Positions 17,488-25,289 of a stretch of 32,000 nt of DNA are shown piece after piece; within the stretch, counting starts at the first letter, position 1; each line of letters begins with the position of its first letter. The stretch covers positions 150,001-182,000 of the forward strand of contig NZ_LGHJ01000010.1 of assembly GCF_001306055.1 (NCBI RefSeq). The letters run 5' to 3'. Under the pieces are notes generated by a model that saw only the letters and a program-made list of their open reading frames with translations, was not told the DNA's origin and searched no databases. The position numbers and the translations under genes are program-made. The stretch is from Bellilinea caldifistulae (GTDB taxonomy: Bacteria > Chloroflexota > Anaerolineae > Anaerolineales > Anaerolineaceae).

Positions 17488-18216
17488 ATGAATGATGAGC
17501 GTCCTCAACTTGCGGTGGTGACCGGGGCGGCTGTGCGTTTGGGCAAGGCAATTGCTGTTGCGCTGGCCGGCAAAGGCTACGCCATTGGCTTGCATTACCA
17601 CCACTCCGAAGAGGCTGCCCATCAAACGGCTGAAGAGCTGGAAAAATTGGGTGTACCAGTTTTTCCCTTTCGTGCAGATTTACGGGACGAATTGGCTATC
17701 AGGCGGATGTTCCAGCAGATTGCCGAAACGGGGCTGTCGCTCAGGGTTCTCGTCAATTCGGCAGCGGTGATGCCCAGACAGGATTTGCTCACGATCACGG
17801 CAGAAGATTGGGATGCGGTGATGGACGTCAATCTCCGGGCGGCGTGGTTGTGTGCGGTTGAGTCAGCCCGAATCATGCAGCCGGGTAGTGTGATTATCAA
17901 TATCAGTGATACCGGTGCGCGTAAGGTATGGACGGGCTACCCGGTTTATGTGATCAGCAAAGCCGGTCTGGAAATTCTGACCCGCTTGCTGGCACGTCGG
18001 CTTGCCCCGCACATCCGTGTCAATGCCATTGCACCGGGCTTGATTCTGCGTGGCGAGAATACCCCTGTTGAGGAGTGGGAGCGATTGGTTCAGCGATCGC
18101 CTTTGGGGCAAAGCGGCAGTGAGGATGAGATTTGCAGGGCGGTCACGTTTCTGCTGGAAAGTGTGTACATCACTGGGGAAGTACTTGTCATTGACGGCGG
18201 CTATGGATTAATCTAA
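17488..18216 (+). CDS. Short-chain dehydrogenase/reductase (SDR) family oxidoreductase
   Basis: AVVTGAAVRLGKAIA (TGxxxxxG), NSAA, and YxxxK as YVISK. The C-terminus ITGEVLVIDGG is typical of classical SDRs. The start is trimmed from 17449 to ATG 17488, just after the upstream stop. Confidence 0.82.
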   Translation: MNDERPQLAVVTGAAVRLGKAIAVALAGKGYAIGLHYHHSEEAAHQTAEELEKLGVPVFPFRADLRDELAIRRMFQQIAETGLSLRVLVNSAAVMPRQDLLTITAEDWDAVMDVNLRAAWLCAVESARIMQPGSVIINISDTGARKVWTGYPVYVISKAGLEILTRLLARRLAPHIRVNAIAPGLILRGENTPVEEWERLVQRSPLGQSGSEDEICRAVTFLLESVYITGEVLVIDGGYGLI

Positions 18217-18233
18217 AACACACAGGAATTGGA

Positions 18234-19145
18234 ATGCAAAAAAACTTTGGAAAAGTCTTGGGAGAGTTCATCCGCACTTCGCAGCCGCTCGCATTACTGG
18301 CTGGGGCGTTGTTATATGCCTGTGGGGTAGGGGTGTTGGTATATCTGGGTGAAGCCGTTGATTGGTCGGTTTACTGGTTGGGTCAGGCAGTGGTCACTTT
18401 ACTGCAATTAAGCAGCGTTTATCTCAAATCCTACTATGACCTTGTGCCGGAAATTCCACGAAGTTCCAGCAGTAATAATGGGCGCCTGGATGATTGGAAA
18501 CCAGTTTCTCGTAACCTCTATCTGCTGGCGGCTGCCACTACCCTGACGGTAGGCGCAATGACTACCTTTGTGCTGTATTCGCGCGGGGCGCTTCAACCGG
18601 CCAGTTTAATTTTTTTGGGGATTGCGTGGTTGTTTGCCTTCTTTTATGGGGTACCCCCATTAAGGCTGGTGTATTCCGGCTATGGTGAACTGATCAGCGC
18701 AATTTTTTTAACCACTCTGGTGCCGGGCTTTGCCTATTTGTTACAGCGGGGTGAGTTAATTCCGGTGATGGGATTATTCAATTTTCCACTGTTAGCCCTT
18801 TTTCTGGCATTTAGCCTGGCCACTTCGCTGGAAACCTATTTCAGCGAGATCAAAGCCGGTCGCCAGAATATGATGATTCGGTTAGGGTGGCAGCGTGGAA
18901 TGATTTTGCACAACTTCCTGATTGGCCTGGCTTTTTTACTGGTCGGAATCAGTCCGCTGACAGGTCTGGCATGGTCGCTGACCTGGCCGCGTTTGCTGGT
19001 CTTACCGGTGGGCATCTTTCAAGTCTGGCAGATGGTGCAAATTGCCAATGGGGCTAAGCCAAACTGGCGCCTGTTGCGGTTAACGGCAGCCGCAAGTTTT
19101 GGTTTGTTGCTTTACCTGCAAGTCTTTTCTCTGTGGACGGGGTAG
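18234..19145 (+). CDS. Polytopic membrane protein, UbiA/MenA-prenyltransferase-like fold with non-canonical carboxylate motifs
   Basis: About 8-9 hydrophobic helices. The segment ETYFSEIKAGRQNMMIRLG resembles the UbiA-family second motif region (DxxxDxxxGKxTLxVxLG). The first-motif position reads LKSYYDLVPE. The family call rests on recalled motifs only. Confidence 0.4.
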   Translation: MQKNFGKVLGEFIRTSQPLALLAGALLYACGVGVLVYLGEAVDWSVYWLGQAVVTLLQLSSVYLKSYYDLVPEIPRSSSSNNGRLDDWKPVSRNLYLLAAATTLTVGAMTTFVLYSRGALQPASLIFLGIAWLFAFFYGVPPLRLVYSGYGELISAIFLTTLVPGFAYLLQRGELIPVMGLFNFPLLALFLAFSLATSLETYFSEIKAGRQNMMIRLGWQRGMILHNFLIGLAFLLVGISPLTGLAWSLTWPRLLVLPVGIFQVWQMVQIANGAKPNWRLLRLTAAASFGLLLYLQVFSLWTG

Positions 19146-19148
19146 AAC

Positions 19149-20390
19149 ATGCCTGAATTTTTAGAATTGCTTCCTCCAACCAGAGCCTTGTCCTACTGGC
19201 TGAATTTCATTCCGCAATCCTTAAAGGAAACGGAACGGCTGGCAGTGGTGGATGCACTGGGGCGCGTGGCTGCCCGGCCGATATTCAGCCCCGAACCACT
19301 CCCAGCCTTTCCGCGCAGCAGTGTGGATGGTTACGCCGTGCGGGCAGCGGATACTTTTGGGGCAAGCGAATCACTGCCGGCCTACCTGATGGTCAAGGGC
19401 GAGCTGCCCATGGGAACGACACCCCCATTTGATTTGCAACCCGGCGAAGCGGCATTGATTCACACGGGTGGAATGCTGCCAAAAGGCAGTGATGCAGTGG
19501 TTATGCTCGAATACACCCAGCCTTCCCGGGAAAATGAAATCGAAGTGCTACGGGCTGTTGCGGAAGGGGAAAACGTTCTGAAACCCGGCGAGGACGTTAA
19601 GCAGGGCGAGGAGGTCGTTGCTGCGGGTGTACGGCTGCGTCCGCCTGAAATTGGTGGCTTAATGGGGTTGGGAATTTTGGAATTGGATGTTCTGCGCCGG
19701 CCGCGGGTAGGGGTTCTTTCCACCGGAGATGAAGTTGTACCGCCTGAGGCTGCCGTTCAGCCCGGTCAGGTGCGCGACATCAACAGTTATTCATTGAGTG
19801 CGTTGGTGGAGCAGGCTGGCGGAATCGCCCAACGATACGGGATATTCCCCGATCAGGCGGCAGCGCTGGAAGCCGGGCTGAGGAAAGCGCTTGACGAGTG
19901 TGATGCTGTGTTGATTACCGCCGGTTCTTCAGCCAGTACGCGTGACCTGACAGCGGAGGTGATCAACCGGATGGGTAAACCCGGTGTGCTGGTACATGGT
20001 TTGAACATCCGTCCGGGGAAGCCGACCATTCTGGCGGTTTGTGATGGTAAACCGGTCATCGGTTTGCCCGGTAACCCGGTGAGCGCGTTGGTGATCGCCT
20101 ATCTTTTCGTCCAGCCGGCGTTGAATCGTTTATGCGGTGTCCCTGGTCTGATCCATCCTGCCATTCGAGCAAAATTGACGGTTAATCTGCCTTCGCAAGC
20201 CGGCCGGGAAGACTACTATCCGGCAAAATTGGTTCAGAAGAATAACGCATGGCAAGCCGACCCGATTTTTTATAAAAGTAATCTAATATTTTCGCTCAGC
20301 CGGGCAGATGGGTTGATTCACATACCCGAAGACGCCACAGGGTTGGCGGCAGGGGAAGAAGCCGACGTTTACCTTTTGGGGAGAGGATGA
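19149..20390 (+). CDS. moeA: Molybdopterin molybdenumtransferase MoeA
   Basis: FPRSSVDGYAV, IHTGGMLPKGSDAVV, STGDEVV, ITAGSSAST and GLPGNPVSALV follow the MoeA/gephyrin-E domain motif order. Confidence 0.88.
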   Translation: MPEFLELLPPTRALSYWLNFIPQSLKETERLAVVDALGRVAARPIFSPEPLPAFPRSSVDGYAVRAADTFGASESLPAYLMVKGELPMGTTPPFDLQPGEAALIHTGGMLPKGSDAVVMLEYTQPSRENEIEVLRAVAEGENVLKPGEDVKQGEEVVAAGVRLRPPEIGGLMGLGILELDVLRRPRVGVLSTGDEVVPPEAAVQPGQVRDINSYSLSALVEQAGGIAQRYGIFPDQAAALEAGLRKALDECDAVLITAGSSASTRDLTAEVINRMGKPGVLVHGLNIRPGKPTILAVCDGKPVIGLPGNPVSALVIAYLFVQPALNRLCGVPGLIHPAIRAKLTVNLPSQAGREDYYPAKLVQKNNAWQADPIFYKSNLIFSLSRADGLIHIPEDATGLAAGEEADVYLLGRG

Positions 20391-21349
20391 AACCCATGAA
20401 TTTCGCAATTCGGCTGTTGGCTCTTATTGCCGGGCTTGCAGGCTTGCTGGTGGCAGGTTGTGTCGGTCGTATTCAGGCAGCTGCCCAGCAGCCTGCAAGC
20501 GAGGCAGTTGTCTCGGCGCAATCAACACAATTGCCTTCACGAACGCCTACCCTCTTCAAAACACCCACACCGATTGTCCCAAGTTTATCGCCATCTCCAA
20601 CACTCACGCAAACACCCAGCGGTACTCCTGCCCCTTCGTTAACGCCGACACCGGCGTTAGTATATTATCCTGCCGGACAAATCAATGTACCCATTCTCCT
20701 GTACCATCGGATTGTGGACGGCGAAGCGGTAAATCGGTATGAGGTGTCACTGGAAAATTTTCACCTTCAGATGGATTTTCTCCGACGGAATGGGTATGAA
20801 ACCATTACCCCTGTCCAGCTGGCAAAGGTGATCCTGAAGGGGGGAGAACTGCCAGCCAAACCGGTGATTTTGACCTTTGATGATGGCTATCGCAGTATCT
20901 ATGATCTCGCCTTTCCGGTTCTTAACCACTACGGGTTTGAAGGGGTCGTCTATGTTATCACCGGTTGTGTTGGTGCTCCAACCTACATGAACTCGGAGCA
21001 AATAACCGAGTTGTTTGCAAATGGGTGGGAAATCGGCAGTCATACGGTCAGCCACGAGGATTTGGTGAAAAACCCCTCTCACGTGTATGATCAAATTGTG
21101 GTGTCAAAACTTTACCTTGAGAAATTATTAGGTACAAAGGAACTGACTCTGGCTTACCCCTATGGTAAAGCCGATGAAAATATCACTCGAAAGGCAGCGA
21201 GATACGGTTATTATGCCGGGATGGGCCTGGGGGTCAGTAACATACATTCCGTTGAAACGCTTTATTTTCTCAGCCGACAGGAAATCAAATCCGATTGTGA
21301 TTTGGGTTGTTTTGAGGAAATCGTGACCGGCAAGAAAATCCAACCGTGA
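20387..21349 (+). CDS. Lipoprotein polysaccharide deacetylase (NodB homology domain)
   Basis: Signal peptide with lipobox LVAGC, a Ser/Pro/Thr linker, then LTFDDGY and GSHTVSHEDL (NodB metal/catalytic motifs). The ATG overlaps the moeA stop (ATGA). Confidence 0.82.
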   Translation: MKPMNFAIRLLALIAGLAGLLVAGCVGRIQAAAQQPASEAVVSAQSTQLPSRTPTLFKTPTPIVPSLSPSPTLTQTPSGTPAPSLTPTPALVYYPAGQINVPILLYHRIVDGEAVNRYEVSLENFHLQMDFLRRNGYETITPVQLAKVILKGGELPAKPVILTFDDGYRSIYDLAFPVLNHYGFEGVVYVITGCVGAPTYMNSEQITELFANGWEIGSHTVSHEDLVKNPSHVYDQIVVSKLYLEKLLGTKELTLAYPYGKADENITRKAARYGYYAGMGLGVSNIHSVETLYFLSRQEIKSDCDLGCFEEIVTGKKIQP

Positions 21350-21358
21350 GGAGGTAGC

Positions 21359-23314
21359 ATGTCCATTTATTTACAGGATATTCCTCTGAATGAGGCTCTG
21401 GCTCGTTTTGACAATGCACTGAAAAAAGCCAGTTTAAGCGGGGTTCTTGGGGAAGAAACGGTTGAGCTGCATGAACATCTGGTCGGACGGGTGACGGCCA
21501 AACCGGTTTGGGCGCGGATTTCCTCCCCGCATTATCATGCCGCTGCGATGGATGGTTTTGCCCTGCGGGCGGAGAATGTTGCCGGCGCGATGCCCACAGC
21601 CCCCGTAATTCTGACCGTTGGTCAACAAGCAGCTTACGTGGATACCGGCGATCCACTACCTTTGTGGGCTAATGCCGTTGTTCCGATTGAGAACGTGGAA
21701 GCCCTCGATAAGGACGGTCAGATAACGGAGGATGCCCGCCGGCCTCATTCAATCCGCCTGAGAGCCGCCTTACCGCCATGGTCGCATGTTCGTCCGATGG
21801 GTGAAGATATTGTGGCTACCCAGCTGGTGCTGCCATCCGGCCATGTGCTTCGACCGGTGGACTTGGGGGCGATTGCTGCCGCCGGGCATGATCGGGTTGT
21901 GGTCAGCCGAAAACCGCGAGTAGCAATTTTGCCAACCGGTACTGAATTGATCGAAATTGGCCAGCCGGTGGAAGCGGGGAAGATTATCGAGTTCAATTCG
22001 CTGGTTTTGGCGGCACAGGTGAATCAATGGGGGGGCGAGGCGGTTCGTTATCCGATCAGCCCGGATGAGTATGCGCTTATTCGTCAACGGGTACGGGAAG
22101 CGGCCGAGAAAAGCGATCTCATCCTGCTGAATGCAGGCTCATCGGCTGGTTCGGAGGATTTTTCCGCCGCAGTGGTGCAGGAATTAGGCGAACTGCTGGT
22201 TCATGGGGTTGCAGTGCGTCCCGGTCACCCGGTCATCCTCGGCATGATTGACCGGCAGGACGGCAGCCGGTGTCCCATTATTGGGGTGCCGGGCTATCCG
22301 GTATCGGCTGCGCTCACGGGAGAAATATTCATCGAACCCCTGCTGGCGCGTTGGCTCGGCCGGCCGCCGCATAAACCGATTGAAATTGAAGCAAAAATTA
22401 CCCGCAAATTAACCTCACCGCCGGGTGACGATGATTATGTAAGGGTTGTGGCAGGCAGGGTTGGAGATCAGTTGTTGGTAGCGCCGCTCTCACGTGGTGC
22501 TGGGGTGATTACCTCGCTGGTGCGTTCCGATGGAATTGTGGTTTTACCGCGTGGAATTCAAGGTATTGAAGCCGGCAGCCGGGTGAAGGTTCGCCTCTAC
22601 CGCCAGCCGGAAGAACTCAATCAGACCATTTTTGCAATTGGTTCACACGACATCAGTCTGGATTTGCTGGCTCAGTATCTGTCAACTTACGGACGAAGAT
22701 TGGTATCTGCCAATGTAGGTAGTCAGGGAGGGCTGGTAGCCTTGCGGCGAGGGGAAACTCACCTGGCTGGCTGTCATTTGCTGGATGCACAGACTGGTGT
22801 GTATAACCTTGCAGCGGTCCAACAGTACCTTCCGGACCAAAAGGTACGTATACTGGGATGGGTCAACCGTGTTCAGGGTTTGCTGGTTGCCCGAGGAAAT
22901 CCTAAGAACATTAAGGGATTACAGGATTTGGTGCGAGAAGATGTGATCTTTACCAATCGTCAACGGGGTGCCGGAACCCGCATCTTGCTAGACTACCAGC
23001 TTAGTTTGCTGGGAATTTCCCCGGCGCAAATTCGTGGTTATGGTCAGGAAGAGTACACCCATCTGGCCGTAGCGGCTGCGATTGCCTCAGGTCGGGCAGA
23101 TTGCGGTCTGGGAATTGCCGCTGCCGCAGTGGCTCTGGATTTAGAATTTATTCCCCTCTTTGAAGAGGAATATGATCTGATCATTCCATCGGTTTATACC
23201 GAAGATGATTTATTACAGCCCTTGTTTACCCTGGCTCAAGATGAGGATTTTCGCAAAGCGGTTGCCCAATTACCCGGTTATGAAACTTCCCGAATGGGAA
23301 GATGGATCCTATAA
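21359..23314 (+). CDS. MoeA-domain protein fused to C-terminal periplasmic-binding-protein-like (substrate-binding) domain
   Basis: The N-terminal ~410 aa repeat the MoeA motif order (AAMDGFAL, PTGTELI, LNAGSSAGSED, GVPGYPVSA). The C-terminal ~240 aa (IFAIGSHD...LRRGETHLAGCHLLD...TNRQRGAGTRILLD) look like a PBP-type anion-binding fold. A GAGGAGG RBS lies upstream. Confidence 0.8.
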   Translation: MSIYLQDIPLNEALARFDNALKKASLSGVLGEETVELHEHLVGRVTAKPVWARISSPHYHAAAMDGFALRAENVAGAMPTAPVILTVGQQAAYVDTGDPLPLWANAVVPIENVEALDKDGQITEDARRPHSIRLRAALPPWSHVRPMGEDIVATQLVLPSGHVLRPVDLGAIAAAGHDRVVVSRKPRVAILPTGTELIEIGQPVEAGKIIEFNSLVLAAQVNQWGGEAVRYPISPDEYALIRQRVREAAEKSDLILLNAGSSAGSEDFSAAVVQELGELLVHGVAVRPGHPVILGMIDRQDGSRCPIIGVPGYPVSAALTGEIFIEPLLARWLGRPPHKPIEIEAKITRKLTSPPGDDDYVRVVAGRVGDQLLVAPLSRGAGVITSLVRSDGIVVLPRGIQGIEAGSRVKVRLYRQPEELNQTIFAIGSHDISLDLLAQYLSTYGRRLVSANVGSQGGLVALRRGETHLAGCHLLDAQTGVYNLAAVQQYLPDQKVRILGWVNRVQGLLVARGNPKNIKGLQDLVREDVIFTNRQRGAGTRILLDYQLSLLGISPAQIRGYGQEEYTHLAVAAAIASGRADCGLGIAAAAVALDLEFIPLFEEEYDLIIPSVYTEDDLLQPLFTLAQDEDFRKAVAQLPGYETSRMGRWIL

Positions 23315-23336
23315 ATCAAACCAAAGGAGGTGTAAA

Positions 23337-23801
23337 ATGCCAGTTTCAGCCAATAACCCTGCTCCGGATTTTGAATTACTCGATGAGACGGGAACTCCCC
23401 GCCGCTTGAGTGATTATCGCGGAAAGCCGGTTGTTTTATATTTCTACCCCAAAGATGATACCCCTGGATGTACCAAAGAGGCGTGCAGCTTTCGTGATGA
23501 TTATTCCGAGTACGAGAAAGCGGGTGTCATCATTTTAGGGGTCAGTCCCGATTCGCCAAAATCTCATGCCAAGTTCAAAGAGAAATACAATCTTCCCTTT
23601 ACATTGCTGGCGGATGAGAATCATCAGGTTTGCGAATTGTACGGTGCATGGGGAAGAAAGAAATTCATGGGACGCGAATATGATGGTGTGTTACGCACCA
23701 CGTTTTTGATCGGCTCGGATGGCACCATTCTGCGGATTTTTCCGGATGTCAAGCCGGAAGGTCACTCGAAAGAAGTTTTGGCTGCCTTAGAGGCGGCTTG
23801 A
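23337..23801 (+). CDS. bcp: Thioredoxin-dependent thiol peroxidase (Bcp/PrxQ-type peroxiredoxin)
   Basis: APDFELLDETG...VVLYFYPKDDTPGCTKEAC carries the peroxidatic Cys in PGCT and the resolving Cys five residues later. AGGAGG RBS at 23325-23330. The start is trimmed from the 23205 ORF. Confidence 0.88.
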   Translation: MPVSANNPAPDFELLDETGTPRRLSDYRGKPVVLYFYPKDDTPGCTKEACSFRDDYSEYEKAGVIILGVSPDSPKSHAKFKEKYNLPFTLLADENHQVCELYGAWGRKKFMGREYDGVLRTTFLIGSDGTILRIFPDVKPEGHSKEVLAALEAA

Positions 23802-23815
23802 GATCTGTAGTTAAC

Positions 23816-23866
23816 AAACAGACAGGTCAGGCGAATTTACAAAAATTGCCTGACCTGTTTGTTTTG
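23816..23866. terminator. Bidirectional intrinsic terminator between convergent bcp and Rrf2 genes
   Basis: An 11-bp perfect stem ACAGGTCAGGC (23822-23832) / GCCTGACCTGT (23848-23858) is extended by A/T pairs. It is flanked by an A-rich 5' arm and TTTGTTTT at the 3' side. Confidence 0.7.
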
Positions 23867-23893
23867 GAATGAAGGTTGAAGGTGGATGGGTGA

Positions 23894-24370
23894 TCAGCCT
23901 TCTTGGATGGGAGCATCTTGATTTTCTTCCACCGGTTGAGTTTCTGACTGAACGCTCATCAATTCTGAATAGGCTGCCAGCTTTTCGAGGGTGGTGGAGG
24001 AGAGATAGGCAATAATATTGTTTTGCAACTCTTCCCACATCAACCGGGAAGTACAGATTTCATTGCGTGGGCAATCCTCCGTATCTTCCAGGCACGGGGT
24101 TAGACAGATGGGGCCTTCCAATACTTCGGCGATTTTGAGAACCGTGATGTTCTTCGCAGGATGGTTGAGCCGTAAACCACCGCGCGGTCCGGGTGTGGCT
24201 TTAATGAGGCCGGATTGCATCAGGGTGTGGGCAATTTGGTGAAGGAAAGGCAAAGGGATATTTAGGGACTCAGAAAGCTGGGCGCTCGGAATGGGTCGTC
24301 CCGTATTGTTACTGGCAAGCGCGATCATGACTTGCAGTCCGTAGTCCAGTCTTCTGCTGATTCGAAACAT
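23894..24370 (-). CDS. Rrf2-family transcriptional regulator (probable Fe-S cluster-binding type)
   Basis: MFRISRRLDYGLQVMIALA... wHTH N-terminus typical of Rrf2/IscR/NsrR. Cys cluster CLTPCLEDTEDCPRNEIC in the position of the cluster ligands. Confidence 0.85.
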   Translation of the reverse strand: MFRISRRLDYGLQVMIALASNNTGRPIPSAQLSESLNIPLPFLHQIAHTLMQSGLIKATPGPRGGLRLNHPAKNITVLKIAEVLEGPICLTPCLEDTEDCPRNEICTSRLMWEELQNNIIAYLSSTTLEKLAAYSELMSVQSETQPVEENQDAPIQEG

Positions 24371-24543
24371 GGTTCACTCCTTGAATTTCTACAATGATTA
24401 TTGATTTTGTAAGGTATTTTAATTGTATATCAATATTCCAGAAAGTGACAATAGTAATTTTACAGGTCGTAAAATATCTTAAGCGATTGTAAGGTGGAAG
24501 CAGGGGTGTTTTTGCGAAAATTCAAAGGAAATGATTAAAAATC

Positions 24544-24572
24544 TTGCCGATAATTCAAGGAGGAGGTATAAT
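24544..24572 (+). promoter_or_regulatory. Promoter of tRNA-Pro (TTGCCG - 17 nt - TATAAT)
   Basis: TTGCCG at 24544-24549 and TATAAT at 24567-24572 with a 17-nt spacer. The -10 element ends 10 nt before the mature tRNA 5' end. Confidence 0.6.
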
Positions 24573-24582
24573 GAGCGTCGTT

Positions 24583-24657
24583 CGGGGCGTGGCTCAGCCC
24601 GGTTAGAGTGCACGGTTCGGGTCCGTGAGGTCGGCGGTTCAAATCCGCCCGCCCCGA
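24583..24657 (+). tRNA. tRNA-Pro (anticodon CGG)
   Basis: Hand-folded cloverleaf. Acceptor CGGGGCG/CGCCCCG plus discriminator A; D arm GCTCAGCCCGGTTAGAG; anticodon stem CACGG/CCGTG with loop TTCGGGT; T arm GGCGG-TTCAAAT-CCGCC. CCA is not encoded. Confidence 0.9.
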
Positions 24658-24688
24658 CTTTCACAGGGATTCCATCCCTGTATTCCGC

Positions 24689-24726
24689 AACGCACCCGAT
24701 GGATCCCTGGGTGCGTTTTGTGTTTT
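24689..24726 (+). terminator. Intrinsic terminator downstream of tRNA-Pro
   Basis: Stem AACGCACCC (24689-24697) / GGGTGCGTT (24709-24717) followed by TTGTGTTTT. A second hairpin ACAGGGAT-tcc-ATCCCTGT lies at 24663-24681. Confidence 0.6.
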
Positions 24727-24743
24727 CAGCAGGAAGGTCAGGT

Positions 24744-25199
24744 ATGGTTACACTCCCCACATTTCTACCCGTTGTCGAAGCCGCCCGCAAGTACGGGCTG
24801 GATGAGACCCGCTTGCGCGCTCTGATTGAGAAAGGTAAAATCAGGGCTGGAGTGGTTGCGGGAGAAATGGTCGTGAGCGAGGATGAGGTCAGAGATCAAG
24901 CAGTTACTCGAAAAGAGGACTTACCCGAATATAAGAAGCACGCTCATCTGAAAGGGAAGCCGATTTGGATTAGCGAGGCGGAACGGAAATACGGGGTTCC
25001 TAATCCGACTGTCTCTGTTTGGGTAAAGCGGGGCTTAATTAAGGTACTGGGATACGAAAAAAACCGCAAACTAATTGATGAGGCAGACGTAGCTTATTGC
25101 GCCGAAATCTATAATCAGCGCAGAGGACAAGGCAAGTGGCTTTTTGATGATAACGGGCTACCTTATAAGCCAAAAACCGGCCCACTTGTTACAGCCTAG
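24744..25199 (+). CDS. Tandem helix-turn-helix (excisionase/MerR-like HTH) DNA-binding protein
   Basis: Two internal copies of one pattern: VVEAARKYGLDETRLRALIEKGKIRAG and ISEAERKYGVPNPTVSVWVKRGLIKVLG. AGGAAGG RBS at 24731-24737. The ORF-track start at 24531 runs through the tRNA and its terminator, so the start was trimmed to ATG 24744. Confidence 0.6.
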   Translation: MVTLPTFLPVVEAARKYGLDETRLRALIEKGKIRAGVVAGEMVVSEDEVRDQAVTRKEDLPEYKKHAHLKGKPIWISEAERKYGVPNPTVSVWVKRGLIKVLGYEKNRKLIDEADVAYCAEIYNQRRGQGKWLFDDNGLPYKPKTGPLVTA

Positions 25200-25205
25200 A
25201 AAAGC

Positions 25206-25240
25206 AAAAAACGGCACAAAACCGTTTTTTTTTTTTTTTT
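25206..25240 (+). terminator. Intrinsic terminator with 16-nt T tract
   Basis: Stem AAAAAACGG (25206-25214) / CCGTTTTTT (25222-25230), with the T run continuing to 25240. It lies immediately after the stop of the HTH gene. Confidence 0.75.
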
Positions 25241-25251
25241 GTTTTAAAATC

Positions 25252-25283
25252 TCTAGAAGTTATTGAAAACTTCTAGATATAAT
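25252..25283 (+). promoter_or_regulatory. Perfect 9-bp inverted repeat abutting a consensus -10 box (candidate promoter/operator for the downstream non-coding region)
   Basis: TCTAGAAGT (25252-25260) and ACTTCTAGA (25269-25277), followed directly by TATAAT (25278-25283). The T16 tract upstream could act as an UP-like element. The -35 region is weak (TAGAAG at 18-nt spacing). Confidence 0.45.
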
Positions 25284-25289
25284 GTTATA

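Noticed and set aside
24531-24743. N-terminal extension of the HTH ORF (ORF-track start 24531)
   Set aside because: It runs straight through the tRNA-Pro gene and its terminator hairpins. A good RBS precedes the internal ATG at 24744.
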